From positions 86,605,514-86,666,200 of the forward strand of contig NC_057718.1 of NCBI RefSeq assembly GCF_004010195.1: DNA of 60,687 bases. The letters run 5' to 3'. The notes under the pieces were generated by a model. It did not search any database. It saw only the letters and a list, made by a program, of their open reading frames with translations, and was not told the origin of the DNA. The DNA comes from Chiloscyllium plagiosum. Lineage: Eukaryota. Below are positions 51,506 to 60,687 of the stretch, one piece after another. Positions within the stretch are counted from its first letter, which is position 1, and every line of letters starts with the position of its first letter. Position numbers and translations under genes: made by a program.

Positions 51506-53691
51506 TGTCAGTGAGAGAATCCAATTGGTGGGCCATTTATCTAACGTGTTTCCTTCAGACAGGGAAATGGCTGCTCACAATCAATTCCTGTGAATAGCTA
51601 TCAGCAATTTAGCTAACATGGCTCCACAATCAAAACCTTCTCCCATACATTGTTTCAGCCTCTTACAAAGAAGAAATTGCACTGGAGATGTCCTCCATGA
51701 AGGAAATCCAAGGGATTAATAGGCCTTCTGTTTAACGAGGCCTGCTGTTAGACCCCAACCCTGGAGGGTTGTGTGGGTATCAATAATAACACTTGTACAA
51801 CTGGACTTTGAGTTCACGACTTTATTTAACACTTCCCAAATTTGCTGATCTGCTACATAGAAATATATTACCCACTACTGAAGAGGGACACTGCCCCATT
51901 CATCTTGTATAGTTCTGTCACTTCATCTCATTTGAAGGGCACACCTCTTGACCTGTAGGTTGGTCTCTGGAGTTTATGCTGCCAAAGTTCTGAACATTGC
52001 TAATATTTATATGATTTTTAACATGGCCGACCATATCTTCCAATGAGTCTGTTCATAATTGACTGGATTTTGCTGCAGTGACCGGACGTTGAACCAATGG
52101 GCTGACTTCCATCATTACGTATTTTTACTCTGGATGTATGAATCAAGGCCCAATGCTTCCTCCTTTGTCTCCTACCTGCATCAGCAGCCTTTGTGGTTAG
52201 TCATGTCAGCAGTTCTTGTGGGGCCCTTTTTTTCTTCGAACTTATTGACTTGTTGTTCGACCACATGATTGGTCCAACACTGCAGACCTTAGACTGTCAG
52301 GAAGAGAATCAAAGTCAACTATCTCCAACCCAGCAAAAGACCAATCTTTTGAGTCTGAAGAGAATGTGTTTTGGGAGAATAGTGAATCTGTAAAAATCAG
52401 ATATTTAGAGATAGGGCAGTGGTGAATGTAATTAAATACACCAATGTATAATATGTAAGTGAAAAAATGGAGACGTTGGTCTGAAGGAGTCTAATGTGGT
52501 TAATTCTGAGGAGTGACATAAGCACCACCCATTACAATAATGTCAAATGGACCTTGGGACAGAACAGATCTGAAATGAGCAAGATCTAGCATTTGGTGAT
52601 GCTCAAAGTCTCAATGTAACAATGTCTATTATCAACGTGACCCATCATTAATTGCAAACATGTGATAAACTGTATCTAACCAAATTTCAGAGGCGCTTCT
52701 AGTTAGACCAGAAAATGGTCTAGATAAGCAGGCCCTTGTAGTTTCTGATACTTAAGAAAGTTGGTGGCAGCAACCTTTTCATAATAAGCATTAGCTCATC
52801 TTTATTCTATCCTGAGGTCATTCCTTGAGACCACGAATGACTTTTTCCACTCTGGATTTTAACAACCTGAAGTGATTCAGTAATCAAGTGTTGATTCTGC
52901 TCATCCAGCTCCTGGTGGTGTTTGAAGAGGCAGATAGTTGGGATTGCTTGGGTTTTTACATGCTGTTTGTGCTTGGTCTCCATTTGGCCTGTTGGAAATG
53001 CTCAAGCAGGTGGCAGGCCCCTATATCATAACCCAGCCATTAACATCATCTGAGACTCTGATGTCTAGTTCTGCTTAACCAAGTTAAGATAAAACAATAT
53101 GCCAAACACAATCTACTTCCTTCCAATGTGACCCGTTGGCTGTCCAAATGCAGTTAACCCTTTCCAAATGTCTCTCATGTGAAAAGCCAACATCAGGGAA
53201 TGGGGAAGACGCAAATGACATGATCTGCCAATATAAGTGTACATCATTGTCCAGTCTCACAGTGCCTCATTTAAAATTCTCATCCACATGTTTTTTTTCC
53301 TGGGTCTCCCACTCCTATGATGACCTTCTCCATCTTATCTCTATAAGTCTTCTCTCCTTCCTCTTACTGTGGGCCTCTATTTACAACTGTAGCTTCAGAC
53401 CTTTCCTTCTGCAATTTTCTCCATAAACCTTTCCCTCCCCTCCTTTCAAGATGCTCCTTGAAAACCAGCTCCTTAACCATTTGTTTGTCATTCCGTCTTC
53501 CTGTCTGCTGAGGCACCACATTTTGATTTGGGCATCTGAAACTTTCCTATGTTACAAGTGCTGGATGAATGAAAGGGATTTAGGCTAGATACAACTCAAA
53601 TCTGAAGAAGTATTATGCTGGGCATGTTAATAAACCTATCTATTGATGTTGCATCAAATTTAAACCTCTTCAACAATTCACCAGTAAGGAA

Positions 53692-54018
53692 AGAATTATA
53701 GAATCCCTACAGTATGGAAACAGGCCTTCGGCCCCATCTCTCCAAAGAGCATTCAACTCAGGCTCACCCCCTCTACCCTATTCCTGTATTTCCCGTGGTT
53801 AATCCACCTAATTTACACATCCCTGGATACTATGGGTAATTTAACATGGCTAATCCAGCTATCACCTGTGGGAGGAAACCAGAGCATCCAGAGAAAAACC
53901 ATGCAGACACAGGGAGAATGTGTAAACTCCACACAGATAGTTGCCCGAGGCTGGAGTTGAACCCGGGTCCCTGGTGCTGTAAGGCCACAGTGCTAACTGG
54001 TGAGCCATTGTGCCACCC
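53692..54018 (-). mobile_element. HE1-type V-SINE
   Basis: Reverse-complement head and V-domain. Confidence 0.82.
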
Positions 54019-55297
54019 CAAAGAAATAGCACCTAAATTATGTTTCTGATGACCTCAAATTGCTTTACAGTCAATTGAATGTTCTTTAAAGTGTAATTAT
54101 TGTTACAGTGTTGAAAATGTGGCAACCAATGCATGCAAAGCATAATCCCACAGAGACTAATATTACAGCTCTGATCAGAGGCATGCACAAGTAATCATGT
54201 GACATGACTCCTCAGGTCCCACTAAAATTGTAAGTATTTATTTAATCCACAAAATGGTCAATTCGTTTCCCTTTCTAACTCAAAGACCAGGTTTCACTAG
54301 ATTTTCTTCATTAAATTCATAAATAACTTGCTTATTAAAACATCATAGCTCTGCAGAGATGATATCAGAATTTTAACAAAGAGCAAAGAGAAAACACACC
54401 AATGGGATCAAGGATCTAAACTGAGAGGATTAAAGACGACTTCTCATGATCCAGTTCACTTCCTGTGCTTGAGATGACAGTTATAGAAACGATGAGATGT
54501 GCAAACAACTCTTCAGTGCATGGAAGTTAATTAAGAATATTTGCCTTTGCCAAATTCTAACAATATTTCAGATGAGGGAGTGTTTTTTTTTAGTTGATTC
54601 TACTCTGGAGTTTCATGGTGTTCTTTTCCTCACAAGAGTCAGAGATTGGCCTTTCCAGCTTGAACGGTTTTCACCAGCTAAGACAACGCAGATTACTGGA
54701 AAACACAACAACTGTGATCCACAGGCTTTGGCTGGGCACCCTGCAGTGCTGGTCTCTTTCACCAATTTGTCTCGTGATTAAAGTAGTTAAACCCACCTCT
54801 CATCTCTCTTAAAAACTTTGCTTCTCGAAAGCCATTTGACGTTTTGTAATCTGCAAGTAAAGAAAGTTCTCTTGGATTTTTTTTAACTTTTCAGTTCCAA
54901 GAAATTGCAAGGTAAAGCCTCTTCAACCAGAAATGACAAAATAGTTCAATTTTCCAATTTCTCACCACTGATAAATATTCCAAACCACCTCCATCCTTGG
55001 GAGATGAAGTGTTATTTCCAAATGCATTTCATTGCAACGTAGCCCTGAGACATAAATAACAAATAAGAAAACTTCATTCATTCTTTTTCATTAATCATTA
55101 CAGAAAATTGCAATTTCTTGATACCTTTTTTAATCTCCAACTATTCCAGTGTTGTTGCATTCTTGATAGGGCATCTGCAATTATGTTATTTTTTTCTAGC
55201 CATATGAATAATTCTTATAATATAAGACTGAATTAATAAACTCCATCAAAAAAATGAGCATTTTAAGTTTTAAGTCTCTCTACAAATACCATAGGTT

Positions 55298-55526
55298 TGA
55301 AATAGTTCCACGAAGGCTGTTATCCCACCACCAAGTCACCCCTTATTTACATGTGCATAGTACATGACACAATCTTAGAGCCAACACCTAGAGTGAGCAG
55401 AACCCCTGACACTCCAATTTATATCTGTCAGCAAGAACTCCTCAATTGGACCAGGTTAGCAACCCCAATCAGGAAATATCCTATTCTATGAGATTCCCCC
55501 TGGCCGACACCTTTGCAATCAGCACA
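55298..55526 (-). mobile_element. Solo LTR inserted in the RNase H remnant
   Basis: TG...CA termini; minus strand carries CCAAT, GATATAAA and an AATAA-like signal in order; RNase H coding resumes on both sides; TSD decayed. Confidence 0.6.
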
Positions 55527-56809
55527 GGACTACGATCAATGTGAATTAGTGTTCCTTTACAGTTGTGATGGACATCAACATTGAAATGTAAACATTTAAA
55601 ACGGGTATAATTTTAAACATACCCACTACAGAAGGGATCTTTCTTTAAATTAAACTTCCCGAAACAACAGCCAATTAGTAAGAACATTTAAGAATGATAT
55701 CCTTCCTTGAAGTATAAGAATACCTAGTCTAACTGTCTGAATATTTCAGTATTGACCAATAGAAGATTCACAATTTGAGTTGACTATCCCTCCTTCAACC
55801 CACTTTGTCATTCTCCATTATTCTTACCGCATAATATATTTGTTCCTTTATACCTTCCTTGCCACAATGAGATTGTTTTAAATGTTTGCATGATATAACC
55901 AATTTGTTTTTCTGGAGTATCAAATAGATAATTCACTTCCCTAACCATCTTCATTACCTTATATGGGCCACTGAATCCTGCTTTCAGACATTCCCCTTAT
56001 AAAGGCAATAACGCTAACATTTTATCTCCTGTTTGATGTGTTCTGGTTTCAGCACAGCTTTCTGTACATCTTTTCATCATTGCTTGTGAAGTTTTTAAAT
56101 GTTCCGGTGCTTTCGTTTTTACATTCTCCTACAAGTCTGTCTAGGAACATGGGCACATTGTCCAACATTGAGAATTTAGCTTTCTGCTTTAAAAATCTTA
56201 CCTTGATTGATTTTAGTCGGTTCTTTTCTCCTGGCCAAAACAACTAAACCCAGTAGATTAATTGTGGAACCTCTGGTGGCAAATAACAGGAAATGCAAAG
56301 CTTTGTCCCATTTCATGAGGGCGTTAATGGCAATATGCTTTCATCATTGTTTTGAGAATCTAATGATATCTCTTTAACTTTCCCGCGTTTGCAGCTGATG
56401 TGTTGTAGACATCAACTGTTTTATACCCAAGTTATTTGTTATGTCTTGAAAATTTTCAGATATAAGGGCAAACAGTATTGGCAGTCCATAATGAGTAGAA
56501 AATTGAATTAATTTTCCACCATTGTTTTAGATGTAACTAGCCTTAAAGGGGAAGTAACATCTGGAAATCAGGATGTTATATCCAACTTTAAGGATGTGTT
56601 GGTGCTGCACTTTGTTTTTGGTGATAGTTTGACAAAGTCTGCTAGTGAATGACTGAATGGGTCTCCAAAAACTGGCATGGCTATTAAAAGTCTGAATATA
56701 TGTTGAGGTAATCCCACTAGCTGACAAGTGTGGCCTGTTTTATGGAACTGAATTATGTCCATATAGAAACATAGACACATAGAAAATAGGAGCAGGAGCA
56801 AGCCATTCA

Positions 56810-57290
56810 ACACAGATACAGGAGATGACATTGGTGGAGGTGCAGGTAAATTTCTGTTGGATGTGGAAGGATCCTTTGAGGTCTTGGGTGAAGGCAAGGG
56901 AGGAGGCGTGGGTGCAGGTTTTTCACTTCCTACGGTGGAAGGGGAAGGTGCTGGGTGTGGGATGTGGGCTGGTGGGGAGGTGTGAATCTGACGAGGGAGT
57001 TGCGGAGGGAATGGTCTCTCCAGAATGCTGATAGGGTGGGGAAGGAAATATATCCCTTGTGGTGGGGTCTGTTTATAGGTGGCGATGAAAATGGTAGAGG
57101 ATGATGCGATGTATACAGTTTGGTGAGGTGGAAGGTGAGGACCCCTTGTTGCATTGGGAGGGGTGGGGTTCAAGGGCAGACATGCGGGAAATGGAGGAGA
57201 TGTGCTGGAGGGCATCGTCAAGCACGTGAGAGGGGAAATTGCGATCTTTAAAAAAGAAGGTCATCTGGGATTTTTTAAGGTGGAATTCCT
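56810..57290 (-). mobile_element. PLE internal fragment nested in the Gypsy integrase
   Basis: SQMTFFFKDRNFPSHVLDDALQHIS and PTLSAFWRDHSLRNSLVR, typical of the PLE RT-to-GIY-YIG linker; similar to 13700-14050. Confidence 0.7.
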
Positions 57291-57825
57291 GCAATAAGAC
57301 TTTCATGTGCTCTCTGCAGTATCTTTTTATGATACCTGGGTGGTATCCTATCTGATGGAAAAATGTCCATCTGTAGGTCAGTGAGGATGGCTCCACTTTC
57401 CCATCAAAGTTTCATTTTTATTAAATCTATTTTCTAATCAACCTGTTCAGGGATGTTACGACACATCTTTGGAGCAGGTGAGACTTGAACCTCGGCCTCC
57501 TGATCTAGGGATGGGGACACTACCTTTGCGCCACAAGATTTAACATGATAACATGCCAGATATCCTTCAGCCTCAGTCTCAGGGTAATTGTGCTAACTTG
57601 CTTAATTCCCGGTCTTCTTGTCAAGCCTCAGTTAAACACATTACAGTAAACACTTCTCTTGAATTATCCTAATTGTTTAGAATTAAATTGAACTTATTAA
57701 GTGAAGAGAGTTTTTGCCACTCTAACATCTGCATGTAGTATTACTTTGACCTCTGGTGATAGACTTTGTTTATTATTGTTCTAGTCACCACACATGGCTG
57801 TAAAACAGCTAAAATTTGTTATTGA

Positions 57826-58071
57826 AGAATCCCTACAGTGTAGAAGAAGGCCATTCAGCCCAAACTGATCCTATCCCAGTATTTCCTTCAGTTAATCCGC
57901 CTAGCTTGCACATCTTTGGATTGTGGGAGCAAACCTGAGCACATGGAGGAAACCACCACAGGCATGGGGAGAATGTGTAAACCCCACATAGACCGTCACC
58001 CAAGGGTGGGATTGAACCCAGGTCCCTGGTGTTATGAGGCAGCAGTGCTAACCACCGAGCCACCAGGCTGC
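57826..58071 (-). mobile_element. HE1-type V-SINE, diverged
   Basis: Reverse-complement head and V-domain. Confidence 0.8.
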
Positions 58072-59220
58072 CCTTTGTTCTGGTGGCTATTTCATCTCTT
58101 TAATCTCACTCAGACTTTCTGTGATTATGGCTGATCTACCACTCTTGCTCCAACCAAATCATTACCACGGAGCAATTCAACACAATCCACAGGTAATTTC
58201 TAAATGACTGCACCTGTCACTATTCCAGACATTAAGTTTTATTTTAATGTACTTTATACAAAGGTACGGTTCTGTACTCTCCACCGATTCCAATGATTAA
58301 AACATTGACTTGCAATACATTCTCTAGAGGAAAAATTTGATCCTTCACCAATAAGAGTTTATGCAGCTCATGTATCCTTTAATGTAGTTATGGATTAAAC
58401 TGCTTAATTTGAAGAAAAATCTTCCCTTTTGACAGCAACCCTATGCATCTCTCTTTTGCCTTGTTCACTTTCTCACCTTCACAACAGTAATTTCCTTAGG
58501 TCTCAAACCTATCATTTGATCTGAAGTAATTTCCCTCTGAACACAGTCTTACATACCCCAATAAAATCCATGGGTTTCCTCATCCAACTTCCATTGTTCA
58601 AAATGGTGTCCTGGCTTGCTATAATGGAAACTCTTTGATTTTCACTTCCACCCTCAGTATCTTCCTTTCCAATGCCTTTGACATTTCCACATGCCCACAC
58701 ACCTTTTTTTTCCCTTAACCAGCTTCTATCCTTCTTGGGGTTGTAGGGGTTATCAGAAGAAAAGGTTTAATTCTATGGATCAGCTGAGAACTATCAACCA
58801 TCACCATTGCCTATTTAGCTGCTGCAATCCTTCATTTTGAAAGAATTCTCTAATCACTGAAGCCAAAAATTAATATTCCTTAGAGTTTTATATGCAGTAT
58901 AAACCACTAATTTTTTCTTTCTTTATTTACTCTTCTTTTGCAATTTCAATTCCAATTTCTGAAATGTTCTCTCTTTATTTTCTTTATACTTTCTCTCTGA
59001 AGTATCTAACGTGCTGTACCTAGGTACCCTTCTATCTAAGATGGTGCCATAAGTGGCAACTTGCGCATTTTTCAGTGTAATCCTTTGAGTATATGTGTCA
59101 AGCAACTTAATTCAATCCAATTCAAGTTCTATCTCTTTTTCTTTCCCCTCAAGATCAAATATTTTAAGTTTTACTTTCTTTTCCATTTCAAGCTGGTTTA
59201 ACTGACTCTGTATTTGGTAT

Positions 59221-59427
59221 GGAGAAAGTGAGGACTGCAAATGCTGGAGATCAGTCAAAAAGTGTGGTGCTGGAAAAGCACAGCCGGTCAGGCAACATCT
59301 GAGGAGCAGGAGAGTTGACGTTTCGGGCATAAATTTCACGATGAGGAGCTTATGCTCAAGACATCGACTCTTCTTCTCCTCGGATGCTGCCTGACCGGCT
59401 GTGCCTATCCAACACCACACTTTTTGT
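59221..59427. mobile_element. Fold-back PLE pLTR mini-element
   Basis: Arms about 59256-59332 and 59350-59426 are reverse complements; 15-bp flanking repeat CTC(T/A)GTATTTGGTAT at 59206-59220 and 59428-59442. Confidence 0.85.
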
Positions 59428-59856
59428 CTCAGTATTTGGTATACCGAGTGTCTCTTGTGTTTCTGCCAATCGCTGTGCTAGTACACCAATTATCTCTGCC
59501 TTCCTGGCTTTTGGGGAGCTTCTACCTTTATCTGTTTTACCAATTCTATCAGCTTAACCCGAATTTTATCCTGTAAACCTGTCAGGGATAAGAAACATGT
59601 TGTGATAAGAAACTTCCAGTGCCATCTCAATAAAAAAACATGAGAAACCTGTTATTTATCCCTTTATCCTTTACTAATCATGATTATTTCACATCCAATC
59701 TCATGTTGTCTGCATACAATGATCCTACATTGAGCATCATTGCTCCAAGCTCCAGCAGTCTATGAGCTGTGCCTGAGGTGTAAAAGTTGTACTTAATCAG
59801 CAAAATGGTCAATTTGTTTCTCTTTATTGCTGTTTACTTCGAGCAAGGGGGGCTTT

Positions 59857-60270
59857 TTAGATTAGATTACTTACAGTGTGGAAATAGGCCCTTCGGTGGA
59901 ACAAGTCCACACCGACCCTCAGAAGAGCAACCCACCCAGACCCATTCCCCTACACCTAACACTACGGGCAATTTAGCATGGCCAATTCACCTAACCTGCA
60001 CATCTTTTGGACTGTGGGAGGAAACTGGAGCACCCGGAGGAAACCCACGCAGACACGGGGAGAATGTGCAAACTCCACACAGACAGTCGCCCAAGGTGGG
60101 AATTGGACCCAGGTCTCTGGCACTGTGAGGCAGCAGTGCTAACCACTGAGCCACCGTGCTGCCCACTAAGGGAGATTTTTCAATTAGATTACTTAGTGTG
60201 GAAACAGGCTCTTTGGCCCAACAAGTCCACACCAACCAACCGAAGAGCAACGCACTCAGACCCATTCCCC
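59857..60270 (-). mobile_element. HE1-type V-SINE (59857-60164) plus adjacent tail-only copy (60183-60270)
   Basis: Well-preserved reverse-complement HE1 with (TTAGA)n tail. Confidence 0.9.
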
Positions 60271-60687
60271 AGTTTTCTTCAATAAACACAAAGCTAACTC
60301 ATTTATTGAAATAAACTTGGTCTTTCAACAATTGGCAAGCTGTTATTCAGAATTAAACTATCTCCTTTTCATCCCAAGACACATAGCCTAACTACAAAAT
60401 AAAATAATGTAGGAAAATAGATACTTCAGTTCACGTTCATACATGACAAGACAGGACAACACAGTTCTGCAGAGATGATATGACATTTTCAAAAATAGGC
60501 AGATGGGAAAATACCCTAGTGGGGCCAAGTCTCCCAACTGACAGAATTTAAAAATAATTCTCATGTCCAATTGACATCTTCTCATCAAGACAACAATGCT
60601 AATACTTCTAGAAATTGTGACATTTCAAATCAGACTTCAGTTCGGACAGGATTCAGCAAGAAATCCTGATTTTGACTTTATGAAGGT

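Larger units (their letters stand above)
55150..59220 (-). mobile_element. Decayed Gmr1-like Gypsy LTR retrotransposon (gag, protease, integrase, RNase H; most of RT deleted)
   Basis: Minus-strand order: coiled-coil gag (59200-58900), knuckle remnant KPGH (near 58600), protease VLIIGIGG..VPLYKV..LPVDCVELLRGNDLVG (58320-58140), integrase ILQRAHESLIAG / HTCQLVG / LKTMMKAYC / WDKALHFLLFATR / FSGPYKV (57350-55880), RNase H WSLLIQSY..NIIADALSR (55290-55160). Confidence 0.78.

Noticed and set aside
56568..57221. 217-aa proline-rich ORF
   Set aside because: Chimeric read-through of a PLE fragment, a CR1 tail and Gypsy integrase sequence

Overview
Vertebrate, repeat-dense genomic DNA, almost certainly from a shark or other elasmobranch (inferred from HE1-type V-SINEs, abundant CR1 LINEs and shark-type Penelope repeats). 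There is one host gene: the 5' end of a group I metabotropic glutamate receptor, best read as grm1, on the + strand. Its first coding exon is 33001-33800, with a clear acceptor and a phase-1 donor. It is preceded by a CpG-rich, TE-poor promoter/5'UTR region containing a probable non-coding exon donor (31837), a near-consensus RE1/NRSE site (32208-32228) and uORFs. No second coding exon was recognised, so the intron runs past the window end. The rest is decayed, often nested mobile DNA: CR1, Rex1/Babar-like and other LINEs, tRNA-SINEs, a Gmr1-like Gypsy element, a solo LTR, a Tc1/mariner MITE and many Penelope-like (PLE) fragments. The most striking non-gene signal is a recurring set of PLE-derived insertions carrying minimal hammerhead-ribozyme motifs. 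Three of them (1 kb and two of about 210 bp) are fold-back palindromes each bounded by one target-site duplication, and several short ones have their 5' boundary at the ribozyme. TE family names come from motif recognition by eye and boundaries of old elements are approximate.
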